DNA from: an uncultured Rhodospirillaceae bacterium
Lineage (GTDB): Bacteria; Pseudomonadota; Alphaproteobacteria; MPNO01
Length of the DNA stretch: 54,580 bases
Direction of reading: 5' to 3'
Assembly: GCA_964587515.1 (NCBI GenBank)
Contig: CAZPMO010000008.1
Location: forward strand, 1 to 54,580
This document shows, piece after piece, positions 1 to 10,164 of the stretch (position 1 is its first letter; each line of letters starts with the position of its first letter). The position numbers were made by a program, and so were the translations under genes. The notes below the pieces were generated by a model, which saw nothing but the letters and a program-made list of their open reading frames with translations, did no database searches and had not been told where the DNA came from.

Positions 1-216
1 CGCCATCTCGGCGGCGGCGGCGCGGGTAAATGTAAGACACAGAATACGTTCGGGGCGCGTGCCCGACAGCATCAGCCGCAGCACGCGGTCGACCAGCACC
101 TTGGTCTTGCCCGCGCCGGCCGAGGCCGCGACCCAGACCGAGGCGTTGGGGTCGGCGGCGCGTTGCTGCCCGGGATAGGCGGTCATACCGCCGCTGGTCG
201 CCGCCGCGCCGGTCAT
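1..216 (-). CDS. addA: AddA (UvrD/Rep-type helicase-nuclease), N-terminal 72 codons only; gene runs off the window
   Basis: Reverse translation from the ATG at 216-214 gives MTGAAATSGGMTAYPGQQRAADPNASVWVAASAGAGKTKVLVDRVLRLMLSGTRPERILCLTFTRAAAAEMA. It has Walker A GAGKT and helicase motif Ia (LTFTxAAAxEM). The start overlaps the addB stop (ATGA). Confidence 0.85.
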   Translation of the reverse strand, partial: MTGAAATSGGMTAYPGQQRAADPNASVWVAASAGAGKTKVLVDRVLRLMLSGTRPERILCLTFTRAAAAEMA

Positions 217-3134
217 GGGCGTTCCTCGCGATTGCGCGCAAACCATTCCTTGATGCGCTCCAGATGTTCGTAATCCGAGAAACGCGGCGCGCGGTCGGGA
301 TCGGGCTGGGCCAGATAGGGCGTATCGGGATCGTCATAGGACGCGATCAGCGCTTCCAGTCCCGCGCGCGCCGCCGTCGTCACGCGCTCGATATCGCTGT
401 CGGCGACGGTCTCCCGGGCCGGCGGGTCGCCGCCGGATAGTTGCCAGAACGCCAGCGCCGCCGCCATGGCGGGCGCGATGCCCTCGAAGCCGCCCTCGGC
501 CGCGATCACTGCCTCGAGCGGAAGCTGCGGCGCGTGCCCGGTGGTGACTTGTTTTTTCGACGGCGCGGCGCCGGTTTTGTAATCGATGATGGAAAGACCG
601 CCGTCGTGGTGGAGGTCGATACGGTCGGCCTTGGCCGCCAGCGTGAAGGGCCCGCCCGGCGCAGCGATGTCGATTTCGCCGGACACCTCGGTGGCGGTGG
701 ACGCGATGCCGGCCCGGCGGGCGCGTTCGGTTTCCACGAACCAGGCGGCGATGCGCTCGAAGCGCGGCCACCAGAAGGCGCGCACGCCCGGCCGCGCCAG
801 CGCCGACCCGAACGATCGTTCGCCGATTTCCAGCAATCGGTCGCCCGCGTCCGTGGGCAGGTCGTCGGGAAATTCCCGGAGAAAATCGTCCAGCGCGTCA
901 TGGATGATGGTGCCCCGGTCGGCCGCGCCGGGGTCCGCGTCGATCGGATCCAGCGCCCCCAAACCCAGCACATGGCGGGCATAGACGGCGTAGGGATCGC
1001 GCATCAGGGTTTCGATCTGGGTGACAGAAAGCCGTCGCGGCCGCGCTTCCACGGGCGGGATCGGCGCGGGCGCCTTGATATAGATCGGCTCGGCGTTATC
1101 GAGCAATGCCTGCCAGCGCGTGACCGTTTCCTGTCCGGCGGTAAGCGCGTCTTTCAGATCCGCGCGTTCGAGCACGTTGTCGAGACGCAGCAGCCAGCGC
1201 GACGGTACGGTGGGCGTGCCTTCGACGCGCCGCGCGCGGGTCAGCACCACCTCGCCGGCCGCGACGGCCTGGGTAAAATCGTGGGCCGCCAGCCCGATGC
1301 GCCGGTCGATGGGCGGCAGGCCGAATTGCGCCCGCATGGGCCGGCTCATCCACGGGTCGGTGCCCGGATCGGGCGGCCACGACCCCTCATTGAGTCCGCC
1401 GAGCACCATGAGGTCGGCGCGCTGGAGACGGGATTCCAGCGGCCCCCAGATATTCAGCCGGGGGTGACGGCCATGGCTCGGACGCACCACCCGGCCGGCC
1501 ATCAGCGCCTCGAACAGCGCGAACCACAGCCTGCCGTCGATGACCCCCAGCGCCGCCGCGGCATCGGACATTTCGCCAAGGAACGCGTATGCCGCTTCGC
1601 CCGCGTCCCCCGCCCACAACCGCGCCGATCCCGCCTCGCAGTCGGTCTTGGCCAGCGCCTCGGCGCATTCGACATGGGCGGCGATGAGATCGCGCATCGG
1701 CACCGCGCGGCGTCCGACGGCGGCTAGGAACGGCGCGGCGATTTCGCTGAAGCCGGTGAGCCACGGCTCAAGCTCGGCGTTCCCTTCGGTCGCGGCCAGC
1801 GCCGCCGCGATTCCCTGCAGCCCGCCCGCCGGGCGCGGGCCGCGTAGCGCCGCGCGTTCCAGCAATCGCACCCGCGCGCGAAATTCCGCCGTCGCCATGC
1901 CGCCCGCCGCCAGCGGATGTTTCAGGGTCGCCAGAAGCGGCACCGGCGCCGCGTCTTCCACCGCCATGGCCGCGATCAGGCGCAGGAAGACACCGGGCGG
2001 CGTTTCCGCCAGCGGACGGCCCGCCGAATCGTCGATTTCGATATCCCAGCGCCGCAGTTCGGCCGCAACGCGCCGCGCCAGGCCGCGATCGGCGGTGATC
2101 AGCGCCGCCGTCTTTTCGTCCTGTTCCAGCGCCTCGCGCAGCAGCAGCGCGATAATGCCGGCTTCTTCGCGCGGTCCCGGGCAGTCGATGCGGCGCACGC
2201 CCGCGATTGCGGTTGTAATCTCCGCCTCTTGCGCGGAGGCGGGTCCCGCCCCGGCGGGCCGCATTGCATCGCGCAGCAAAGCCGATCGCGCGCCGGGTGT
2301 CCCGGTCGCGCCCCAGACCGGAATTTCGCCGGGAGTGAATTCAAGGCGCGCGAGCAGGCGCACCATGCCGGACTGCGGATGAGTGTCCCCGATGTTTTCG
2401 AGGCTTTCCGTATCGAGCGCCGTATCCAGGCCGGGCAGCAGCACCATGCCGTCCGGCAATTCGGCGACCGCCGCGATCAAGTCGGCGGTCGCGGGCACGG
2501 TGCCGGTCGAGCCGGCGACGATCACGGCATCGGTGGGCGGGCTTTCGCGCCATGACGCGATCCGCGCCGCGATCACGCGGTTGCGGCGCTCGGCCGGGTC
2601 GATGCAGCCCTGCCCATCCAGCACGGCGGGCCAGTTCTCGGTGACCAGGGTCAAAAATTTCAGCGTGACCTGCCAATGCCCGGCGAGCTCTTCGGGGACC
2701 AGATCGGCCAGCGCGTCGAACGAAAGCCGTTCGGTCCGCACCTGATCGATCAGCCGCGCGAGCTCGGCGGCGAGGCGCGCGGCCTGGGCCGGGCTCGGCT
2801 GGCCGCCGCCTTCGGCCTCGGCGCGCGCGAGGATCAGCCGGGTCAGCAGCATCTGGCGGCGCATTTCCGGGATCGCGGGCGGAATTTCGAGCGCGTCCGG
2901 TGAACCCGGCTCCTCGCTTCCCGCCGTGAAGTCGAGTTCCTCCCCGTCGAGGTCGCCGATCGGGCTCAGCGTCGGCAGCAGAAGCGCCGCGCCGCCGCCC
3001 TGGCGCAGGAACGCCTCGGCCAGCGCGCGGCAGGCGCGCCGCGTCGGCAGCAGCACCGTCGCGGCGGCAAGCTCCATCGGCGCGCCCTCCAACCGCTCCA
3101 GCAGACCGGCGGCGAGCGTATCGACGAACGACAC
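213..3134 (-). CDS. addB: double-strand break repair protein AddB (alphaproteobacterial type, C-terminal PD-(D/E)XK nuclease)
   Basis: 973-aa ORF immediately upstream of and overlapping addA. Its length and C-terminal region (DRIDLHHDGGLSIIDYKTG) fit the AddB nuclease domain. Confidence 0.85.
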   Translation of the reverse strand: MSFVDTLAAGLLERLEGAPMELAAATVLLPTRRACRALAEAFLRQGGGAALLLPTLSPIGDLDGEELDFTAGSEEPGSPDALEIPPAIPEMRRQMLLTRLILARAEAEGGGQPSPAQAARLAAELARLIDQVRTERLSFDALADLVPEELAGHWQVTLKFLTLVTENWPAVLDGQGCIDPAERRNRVIAARIASWRESPPTDAVIVAGSTGTVPATADLIAAVAELPDGMVLLPGLDTALDTESLENIGDTHPQSGMVRLLARLEFTPGEIPVWGATGTPGARSALLRDAMRPAGAGPASAQEAEITTAIAGVRRIDCPGPREEAGIIALLLREALEQDEKTAALITADRGLARRVAAELRRWDIEIDDSAGRPLAETPPGVFLRLIAAMAVEDAAPVPLLATLKHPLAAGGMATAEFRARVRLLERAALRGPRPAGGLQGIAAALAATEGNAELEPWLTGFSEIAAPFLAAVGRRAVPMRDLIAAHVECAEALAKTDCEAGSARLWAGDAGEAAYAFLGEMSDAAAALGVIDGRLWFALFEALMAGRVVRPSHGRHPRLNIWGPLESRLQRADLMVLGGLNEGSWPPDPGTDPWMSRPMRAQFGLPPIDRRIGLAAHDFTQAVAAGEVVLTRARRVEGTPTVPSRWLLRLDNVLERADLKDALTAGQETVTRWQALLDNAEPIYIKAPAPIPPVEARPRRLSVTQIETLMRDPYAVYARHVLGLGALDPIDADPGAADRGTIIHDALDDFLREFPDDLPTDAGDRLLEIGERSFGSALARPGVRAFWWPRFERIAAWFVETERARRAGIASTATEVSGEIDIAAPGGPFTLAAKADRIDLHHDGGLSIIDYKTGAAPSKKQVTTGHAPQLPLEAVIAAEGGFEGIAPAMAAALAFWQLSGGDPPARETVADSDIERVTTAARAGLEALIASYDDPDTPYLAQPDPDRAPRFSDYEHLERIKEWFARNREERP

Positions 3135-3181
3135 ATCGGCTGGAAGGGTGAAAATATTGCCGATATCGACGATCCTTGGTG

Positions 3182-3904
3182 TCAGGCGGGTGGTTCGGAG
3201 CGACCCCCCAACCGCGAATCGGCTTCCTTCAAGCTGTCCGGCGTGCCGACATGGTACCAGCCCCCGTCATGCACGATGCCATGGAGCCGCCCTTCATTCT
3301 CCGCCCTGTCATAGAGTCGGTTCAAGGAAAATGCGCCGGCCGGCGCGTCCGTGAACAGACGCGGGTGGAGAATCTGGACGCCGGTGAACACCAGCGGCGC
3401 GGTTTCCTCCGGCGCGCGACGGCGAACCCGACCATTGTCTTGGAGGCTGAAATCGCCCGCGCCCGCATAGCCAACGGCGGCGTTCGTGGGATGCAGCAGC
3501 AGCAGCGCGTCCATTTCTTCGTCCCGCCAGGCCGCGGCCAACCGGTCGAGCGCCGGAACCACGCCATCGGTCCAGACGATGTCGGCATTGGCGACATAAA
3601 AGGCGGGCGCGCCCAGCATCGAAAGCGCCTTGGTCACGCCGCCGCCGGTGTCGAGCAGCTCGTCTTCCCGCGACACTGAAATCGCCGGTCCCGCGCGGCC
3701 CGCCACATGCGCCTCGATCATGTCGGCAAGGTAATGGCAGTTGACCACGGCGTTGCCGATACCCGCCGCGTCCAGGTGATCGAGCGCCCGGTCGAGCATG
3801 GTCCGGCCGGCGACCTCGAGCAGCGGTTTCGGCAGATTGTCGGTCAGCGGGCGCATGCGAATGCCAAGCCCGGCGGCCAGCACCATTGCACGGCCGGGCT
3901 TCAT
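3182..3904 (-). CDS. murU: sugar-phosphate nucleotidyltransferase, MurU-like (MurNAc-1-P uridylyltransferase family)
   Basis: N-terminal LAAGLGIRMRPLTDNLPKPLL motif of NTP-transferases. It overlaps the upstream kinase gene by 4 nt, in the tsaE-amgK-murU-addB order I recall as conserved in alphaproteobacteria (not checked here). Confidence 0.65.
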   Translation of the reverse strand: MKPGRAMVLAAGLGIRMRPLTDNLPKPLLEVAGRTMLDRALDHLDAAGIGNAVVNCHYLADMIEAHVAGRAGPAISVSREDELLDTGGGVTKALSMLGAPAFYVANADIVWTDGVVPALDRLAAAWRDEEMDALLLLHPTNAAVGYAGAGDFSLQDNGRVRRRAPEETAPLVFTGVQILHPRLFTDAPAGAFSLNRLYDRAENEGRLHGIVHDGGWYHVGTPDSLKEADSRLGGRSEPPA

Positions 3905-4911
3905 CGGACGGGCCTTTCGGGCGGAATAATCCGTTGCACCGGCGGAATGTGGGCATCAAGCCACGCCGTCAGGGGCGCCAGGTCTTCGTGGCCGGCGGCG
4001 CGTTCCAGCAGTCGCCACAGCCGCGGGATATGGCGCAGATAGTCGGGTTTGCCGTCGCGATCGCGCAACCGGGTAAAGATGCCGATGACCTTGCAGTGCC
4101 GCTGCGCGGCGAGCGCCGTGGCGGAAACCTCGAAATCCGACCGATCAAGACCGGGGAAGGCGGCGAGATAGCGCGCCGTCATTTCATCGGCCAGTGTTTC
4201 GGCGATGTCGCGGCGCGCGTCCTCCAGCAGCGAAACCAAATCGTAGGTCACCGGACCCGCCACGGCGTCCTGGAAATCGAGCAGGCCGCAGGCGGCGATG
4301 CCGTCGCGTCCGGAAATACGTATCAGATTGTCGACATGGAAATCGCGCAGCACCAGCGTTTCGGGAACACCGCGCGCGCGGGCCAGCAGCGACCGCCAGC
4401 AATCGAGATAGGACTCGCGCACCGCATTGCCGGGCTCGACGCCGACCGCCGGCAGGTACCAGTCGACCAGCAGCACGGCCTCGTCGAGCAGCAGCGCATC
4501 GTCATAGAGCGGCGCGCCGGCGGGGATCGCCTCCGCGGAGGGCCGCGCGTGCAGATCGATCAGCACGTCGGTGGCCAGGCGATAAAGGGCCGCCTCATCG
4601 GCGCCCGCCGCGAGAAGCCTCGTATAAGTGTCGTCGCCCAGATCCTCCAGCAACACCAGACCCGCGGCCGCGTCGTCCGCCAGGATCGCGGGCGCGCTGT
4701 AGCCCATCGCCACCAGATGCCGGGCGATGCGCAGGAAGGGCCCGACGTCTTCTTTGTCGGGCGGCGCGTCCATAAGCACGGCGCGGCGGTCGCCTTCCAC
4801 GATGCGGTCATAGCGGCGAAACGATGCGTCGGCGGCCAGCACGCCGCGCGCCGCACCGCCCCAGCCGGCGCGTTCCAGGAACGCCGCGATCTGGCCGTCG
4901 CGGTCAGCCAT
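3901..4911 (-). CDS. amgK: aminoglycoside-phosphotransferase-fold kinase, AmgK-like (anomeric MurNAc/GlcNAc kinase family)
   Basis: 336-aa ORF with an APH-type kinase core (LRDFHVDNLI). It overlaps both tsaE and murU-like. Confidence 0.6.
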   Translation of the reverse strand: MADRDGQIAAFLERAGWGGAARGVLAADASFRRYDRIVEGDRRAVLMDAPPDKEDVGPFLRIARHLVAMGYSAPAILADDAAAGLVLLEDLGDDTYTRLLAAGADEAALYRLATDVLIDLHARPSAEAIPAGAPLYDDALLLDEAVLLVDWYLPAVGVEPGNAVRESYLDCWRSLLARARGVPETLVLRDFHVDNLIRISGRDGIAACGLLDFQDAVAGPVTYDLVSLLEDARRDIAETLADEMTARYLAAFPGLDRSDFEVSATALAAQRHCKVIGIFTRLRDRDGKPDYLRHIPRLWRLLERAAGHEDLAPLTAWLDAHIPPVQRIIPPERPVR

Positions 4912-5410
4912 GTGTCACAAACCCTTCGAACGCGGCCGCGCGCGCAACGAAGGCGCCGTGGAACGTCAGATGGGCGACCCGGCCCTCCAACGTGGCGCCA
5001 GGCGCAAGCTCGATATCGAGCCGGTCTTCGGGCAGCAGCGATCCCAGCCGATCCGGCCACTCGATCAGGGAAATCCCCTCGGCGAAGGCGTCCTCGATGC
5101 CGAGCTCGTAACATTCCTCGGCGCGTTCGATACGGTAGAGATCGAAGTGGTAGACGGTCGCGTCGGTGAACTCATAGGCTTGCACGAGGGTGAATGTCGG
5201 GCTCGGCACTTCCGGCGTCTCGCCGCTCGACATGGCTTCGATGAAGCCGCGCGCGAATGTGGTCTTGCCGACGCCGAGCCCGCCGGAAAGCGCGATCACA
5301 TCGCCCATTTGGGCGCGGGCCGCGAGCGCCGCGGCCAGCGCGGCCGTGGCGGCGGGGTCCGGCAGATCGATCCGCATCGTTGATGGAGCGGTGGAAATCG
5401 CGACCATCAC
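4904..5410 (-). CDS. tsaE: tRNA t6A37 biosynthesis ATPase TsaE
   Basis: 168 aa with the P-loop LSGGLGVGKTTFARGF and the HFDLYR motif typical of YjeE/TsaE. Confidence 0.85.
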   Translation of the reverse strand: MMVAISTAPSTMRIDLPDPAATAALAAALAARAQMGDVIALSGGLGVGKTTFARGFIEAMSSGETPEVPSPTFTLVQAYEFTDATVYHFDLYRIERAEECYELGIEDAFAEGISLIEWPDRLGSLLPEDRLDIELAPGATLEGRVAHLTFHGAFVARAAAFEGFVTHG

Positions 5411-5416
5411 GGCCGG

Positions 5417-7867
5417 TCAACCGGTGCCGATCCGCAATTCGTTGAAGTCCTCGATCTCGCGCGCCGGTAAAACGCAGGTCACCTTGGTCCCCACGCCCGA
5501 TTCGGATTCGAGCTCAACGGTTCCCCCATGCAGCTCGACGAAGCTCTTGACCAGGGACAGGCCGAGCCCGACGCCGGTGCGCCGCGCTTCGGCGTTGTCG
5601 CCGCGTTCGAACCGCTCGAAGACACGCGACCGGTCGGTCTCGGTGATGCCGATACCGGTGTCGGTGAAGGTCAGCGTCACGCGCCCGTCGGTGCGGCGCG
5701 CCGAGACGGTGATCGAGCCGTCCTCGGGCGTGAACTTCACCGAATTGCTCATGATGTTGAACAATGCCTGTTTCAGCCGGCGTTCGTCGGCCACGATCGC
5801 GCCGATATCGAGCGGGCAATCGAAATCCAGGAACAGACGTTTCTTGCGCATGCGCTCGCGGGTCAGTGTAAGAACGCTCGATAGCAAATCATGCAGATTG
5901 ACCGGTTCGAGCTCGAGCATCATGTGCCCCGCTTCGACGCTCGCGAGATCGAGAATGTCGTTGATCAGCGACAGCAGGGTGTTCGAGGATTCGAGAATGC
6001 CCCGGCTATATTCGGTCTGGCGGTCGTTGAGCTCGCCGAAATACTGCCCCGTGAGAATTTCCGAGAAACCGATGATGGTGTTGAGAGGGGTCCGAAGTTC
6101 ATAGGAAACATTGGCGATGAATTCGGATTTCAACCGGTCGGCGGTCTCAAGCGCGTCGTTGCGTTCCCGGAGCGCGCGCTCCACCCGGTTGGAATCGCTG
6201 ACGTCGAGATAGCTCAGCAGCACCGCGCCATCGGGCAGCGGTACGGTGGCGAAATCGAGCACCGATCCATCGCTGCGTTCGACACGACCGGTATAGCCTT
6301 CGCGGCCGGTCAGCAACGCGATGATTTCCTCGCGCTGTGCGGCCCAGTCGCCGTCTTCCTCGATGAATTCGCGCATGCGCTCGACCAGATCCGAAATATG
6401 GGGCGAGGCGACGAGTTCCTCCTCCGGCAGTTGCCACATCCGCCCGAAAGCGGGGTTGGAAAGCTGCAACCGGCCATCCGCGCCGATCACCGCAATGCCC
6501 TCGTAGAGGTTGTCGAGCGTTTCGCGCTGCACCGCGATCAGGGTGTTGTAGGAGCGCTCGAGCGCCAGCGTGTCGCTGACGTCCTCCCACGTCAGCAACA
6601 GCCCGCCGAACGGGTGCGGCGTGACAACGGCGCGATAGGTCGGCCCGTCGGGCAGGTAAATCAGCTCCTCGAACGGATCCATCAGCTCGGTAAACTGGCG
6701 CAGCTGCTCTTCTTTGAAGGCGGGGAAGTTCGCCACCTCGGGCAGGCGCCGGTTATCGCGAAGCGCTTCCAGCACCTCGCCCATCGGCGGTTCGGCGCGC
6801 AGCCAGTTTTCGTCGAGCTCCCACAGCTTCAGGAAAGCGTTGTTGAAAAAGTTCAGCCGCTGGTCGGCGCTATAAATGGCGACCGCCGTGCCGAGCTGTT
6901 GCAGCACCTCTTCGTGGCCGCCGATGTGGCGGCTCAGCTCGGCCCGAACTTCCTCGATCTCGGTAAGATCGAGAGCATATCCCGCGACCCGCCCGTCTTC
7001 GTCGAGCCGCCGTTCGGTGAACTGGGCATAGCGCCGCGCGCCGCCGATAACCACGTGGCGTGCGCTCGTGGTGTCATCGGGCGGGGTTTGGCCATCACCC
7101 GTGGCGCGGCGTTCCTTGGCCAGGATCGCGGGAGCGAGTTCGGGCAGGGAGCCCGGCGCCGCGGCCGCATCCTTGCCCACCGCGGCCGCATAGGCGGAAT
7201 TGACGTATTCGAGCGCCGAATCCGGACCCCGGTGCCATACCGGCATGGGCAGGATATCGAGAATTCGTCCAAGTCCGGCGCGTTCGCCGGAAAGCTTCGC
7301 GGTTCGCTCGGCATTGGCGGTGTCGTCGCGAATCCAGAGCACGGCGGCCGACGGGCCGGCGGAGGTATCGCCGCCGCTGGCGACGCCGCGTAATTCGAGC
7401 GTGCGGTCGCCTTTTTCCTCCTTCATGGACAGTTCGAAAATCTCGCCGTTGGTCCGCAGCAGCTGTATCGCCGAATCAAGCTCCGCGCGGTTCGCAGGCG
7501 ACAACAGATCGGCGATTTCCGCATAGCCGACGTCGTCGGATGCGCCGCCGAGGAATGCCGCCAGACCAGGCGAGGCCTCCTCGATGCCGTGCACCAGATC
7601 CCAGCACAGAAACTGATCGTTGCCCGACGTCAGAATTTCGGAATGTCGTTTCGCTTCATCGGCAAGGTCCCGGCAGCGCGCTTCCGCGATCGACATGCGG
7701 TGACGGTAATAGACCACCGCGCCGGTCGCGCACAACGCCAATGCGCCGGTCACCCAGAGCGCGCTATCGCCGCCGGGCGCACCCTCTGCGGCCCGCGCCG
7801 TCGCGGGAACCAGCGTCAGAATCGATATATGGGCGAAATGCGCCCAGCCCCCGAATTTGGAGCGCAT
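5417..7867 (-). CDS. divL: DivL-like PAS-domain sensor kinase homolog with Tyr replacing the phospho-accepting His
   Basis: 816 aa with an N-terminal TM segment, PAS-like repeats, the DHp box EFIANVSYELRTPLNTIIGFSEIL (Tyr codon at complement 6101-6103) and an intact-looking CA domain (DTGIGI, GVGLGLSLVK). Confidence 0.7.
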   Translation of the reverse strand: MRSKFGGWAHFAHISILTLVPATARAAEGAPGGDSALWVTGALALCATGAVVYYRHRMSIAEARCRDLADEAKRHSEILTSGNDQFLCWDLVHGIEEASPGLAAFLGGASDDVGYAEIADLLSPANRAELDSAIQLLRTNGEIFELSMKEEKGDRTLELRGVASGGDTSAGPSAAVLWIRDDTANAERTAKLSGERAGLGRILDILPMPVWHRGPDSALEYVNSAYAAAVGKDAAAAPGSLPELAPAILAKERRATGDGQTPPDDTTSARHVVIGGARRYAQFTERRLDEDGRVAGYALDLTEIEEVRAELSRHIGGHEEVLQQLGTAVAIYSADQRLNFFNNAFLKLWELDENWLRAEPPMGEVLEALRDNRRLPEVANFPAFKEEQLRQFTELMDPFEELIYLPDGPTYRAVVTPHPFGGLLLTWEDVSDTLALERSYNTLIAVQRETLDNLYEGIAVIGADGRLQLSNPAFGRMWQLPEEELVASPHISDLVERMREFIEEDGDWAAQREEIIALLTGREGYTGRVERSDGSVLDFATVPLPDGAVLLSYLDVSDSNRVERALRERNDALETADRLKSEFIANVSYELRTPLNTIIGFSEILTGQYFGELNDRQTEYSRGILESSNTLLSLINDILDLASVEAGHMMLELEPVNLHDLLSSVLTLTRERMRKKRLFLDFDCPLDIGAIVADERRLKQALFNIMSNSVKFTPEDGSITVSARRTDGRVTLTFTDTGIGITETDRSRVFERFERGDNAEARRTGVGLGLSLVKSFVELHGGTVELESESGVGTKVTCVLPAREIEDFNELRIGTG

Positions 7868-7936
7868 TCAATTCACCTCTGGTGGCGGACGAATCTAATA
7901 ATCAAACGCCTTTGTGGTACGGGAGTCTATCCTGAA

Positions 7937-9232
7937 CTAATACCGATAATGGTCCGGCTTGTACGGACCGTCGGTCTTGATGCCAAGATAGTCGGACTGC
8001 TCCTTGCTCAGCGTGGTCAGCTTTACGCCCAGCCGTTCGAGATGCAGCGCCGCGACTTTTTCGTCGAGATGTTTCGGAAGCACATAGACCTTGTTCTCGT
8101 ATGTCTCGTGGTTATCCCAGACTTCGATTTGCGCGAGAACCTGATTGGTGAAAGAGGCGCTCATCACGAAGCTGGGATGGCCGGTGGCGCAGCCGAGATT
8201 GACCAGCCGCCCCTCCGCCAGCACGATCAGCCGTTTGCCGTCCGGGAATTCGACCTCGTCAACCTGCGGCTTGACGTTGTGCCATTTGTAATTGCGCAGC
8301 GATTCGATCTGAATTTCGCTGTCGAAATGGCCGATGTTGCAGACGATGGCGCGATCCTTCATCTCCCGCATATGGTCCAGCGTGATCACGTCGATATTGC
8401 CCGTGGTGGTCACGAAGATGTCGCCGATGGGCGCGGCTTCCTCCATGGTGGTCACCTCGTAGCCCTCCATCGCCGCCTGCAGCGCGCAGATCGGATCGAT
8501 TTCGGTCACCAGAACGCGCGCGCCCTGGGTCCGGAGCGAGGCGGCGGAACCCTTGCCGACATCGCCGAAGCCGCCGACGACGCAGACCTTACCGGCCACC
8601 ATGACATCGGTGGCGCGCTTGATGCCGTCGACCAGGCTTTCGCGGCACCCGTAGAGATTGTCGAATTTGGATTTGGTGACGGAGTCGTTGACGTTGATCG
8701 CCGGAACTTTCAGCGCGCCGCTGCGTTCCATCTCGTAGAGACGGTGCACGCCGGTGGTGGTTTCTTCCGACAGGCCGCGCACATCGGCCAGCATCTCGCC
8801 GTACTTGTCGTGCATCAGTTTGGTGAGGTCGCCGCCGTCGTCGAGGATCATGTTTGGGCGCCAGCCGTCAGGTCCCTCGATGGTCTGTTCGATGCACCAC
8901 CAGAATTCCTCTTCGGTCAGACCCTTCCAGGCAAATACCGGGATACCGGCCTCCGCCATTGCCGCCGCGGCCTGGTCCTGCGTCGAAAATATGTTGCACG
9001 ACGACCAGCGCACCGTGGCGCCGAGCGCAACCAGGGTCTCCATCAGCACAGCGGTCTGGATGGTCATGTGGAGACAACCGACGATGCGCGCGTCTTTCAG
9101 CGGCTGGCTTTTGCCGTATTCGTCGCGCAAGGCCATCAGGCCGGGCATCTCGGTTTCCGCGATGGCGATTTCCTTGCGGCCCCACTCGGCAAGCGAGATA
9201 TCCGAGACTTTGTAATCGGTAGACGAACTCAT
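7937..9232 (-). CDS. ahcY: adenosylhomocysteinase
   Basis: Strong AhcY signature from [22 protein letters not shown] to the C-terminal YRY. The start is placed at the internal ATG (9232); the track ORF reaches 9304. Confidence 0.95.
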   Translation of the reverse strand: MSSSTDYKVSDISLAEWGRKEIAIAETEMPGLMALRDEYGKSQPLKDARIVGCLHMTIQTAVLMETLVALGATVRWSSCNIFSTQDQAAAAMAEAGIPVFAWKGLTEEEFWWCIEQTIEGPDGWRPNMILDDGGDLTKLMHDKYGEMLADVRGLSEETTTGVHRLYEMERSGALKVPAINVNDSVTKSKFDNLYGCRESLVDGIKRATDVMVAGKVCVVGGFGDVGKGSAASLRTQGARVLVTEIDPICALQAAMEGYEVTTMEEAAPIGDIFVTTTGNIDVITLDHMREMKDRAIVCNIGHFDSEIQIESLRNYKWHNVKPQVDEVEFPDGKRLIVLAEGRLVNLGCATGHPSFVMSASFTNQVLAQIEVWDNHETYENKVYVLPKHLDEKVAALHLERLGVKLTTLSKEQSDYLGIKTDGPYKPDHYRY

Positions 9233-9442
9233 AAGTATCTCCGGCGTTGAAGTCGTGGCGGTAAGTGTCGGCTGGGGGATCGACGCGTTGCGCACCCCTT
9301 GCACGGGCGAAGGCGATATAGCAGGCGGTGAGACCTCGACGCAAGCCCGGTTATTTTTCCGTCGTCACCGGCCAACGATGGATGGCGACCAAAGATTAAC
9401 GAAACGATAATGGCGCGACCCACGCGGCGCGCCCGAAATATC

Positions 9443-9742
9443 CTAGTATCCCGGGAAATCCTCTTCCTCGAATCCGTTGCCGACGAGCTGGACCAGCGCG
9501 GCAAGCGCGTCATCGGCGTCGGCGCCGCGCGCGGTGATTTCTATTTCCGTGCCCTTGGCCGCGCCCAGCATCAGCAGGCCCATGATCGACAGCGCCGTGA
9601 CCGTGTGGGCCTGGGTAGCGATGGTGATTTCGGCTTCGAATCGGCCGGCGACCTTGGCGAGCCGCGCCGCCGCGCGGGCGTGCAACCCGCGCTGATTGAC
9701 GATGGTCGCGGTATTTTTGACTTCGCCCGGTGAAGGCGTCAT
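9443..9742 (-). CDS. ptsH: HPr-family phosphocarrier protein (NPr-like)
   Basis: 99 aa with the IVNQRGLHARAAA active-site His region. ATGA overlap with the upstream EIIA gene. Confidence 0.85.
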   Translation of the reverse strand: MTPSPGEVKNTATIVNQRGLHARAAARLAKVAGRFEAEITIATQAHTVTALSIMGLLMLGAAKGTEIEITARGADADDALAALVQLVGNGFEEEDFPGY

Positions 9743-10146
9743 TCGGACCCTTCGGCGAGCAGGCTGGAGGCGACGCTGATATATTTTCGCCCGGCGTCCT
9801 GGGCGTCGGCGACCGCGTCGGCGAGTGACCGGGTGGCGCGGACGCTGGCGAGCTTGACCAGCATCGGCAGATTGATCCCGGCGATCACCTCGACCGGCAC
9901 TTCGTTCATGGTCGAAATTGCGAGGTTGGACGGCGTGCCGCCGAACATGTCCGTCAATACCACCACACCGGCGCCGTCATCCACCTTGGCGACGCAATCG
10001 AGGATTTCGAGCCGGCGCTGTCCCATGTCGTCATTGGCGCCAATGCACACCGTGGCCAGGCGTTCCTGCGGGCCCACCACATGCTCAAGCGCGGCGGCGA
10101 ACTCATCGGCGAGATGACAATGGGTAACCAGGACGATGCCGATCAT
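9739..10146 (-). CDS. PTS EIIA component, mannose family
   Basis: 135 aa. The N-terminus MIGIVLVTHCHLADEF is typical of EIIA-Man, and it sits between rapZ and HPr. Confidence 0.8.
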   Translation of the reverse strand: MIGIVLVTHCHLADEFAAALEHVVGPQERLATVCIGANDDMGQRRLEILDCVAKVDDGAGVVVLTDMFGGTPSNLAISTMNEVPVEVIAGINLPMLVKLASVRATRSLADAVADAQDAGRKYISVASSLLAEGSE

Positions 10147-10164
10147 TGGCGTTTTTCCGTCTGG

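Noticed and set aside
441-1727. Long ORFs antisense to or out of frame with real genes throughout the window. Examples: 441-1727(+), 5891-7393(+), 7589-9250(+), 15228-15968(-), 18000-19094(+), 19935-20999(+), 21960-23138(+), 42999-44411(+), 44616-45629(+), 51338-52699(-), 52666-53325(-).
   Set aside because: They are typical high-GC artefacts. Their translations are Arg/Ala/Gly/Pro-rich with no recognisable motifs, and each fully overlaps a gene with strong family signatures on the other strand or frame.
9233-9442. Possible SAH riboswitch in the ~210-nt leader upstream of ahcY
   Set aside because: The leader has some GC hairpins (for example GGGGUGCGCAACGCGUCGAUCCCC). I could not align it convincingly to the SAH-riboswitch core as I remember it, and I cannot run a covariance model. 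A cmscan of this interval against RF01057 would settle it.
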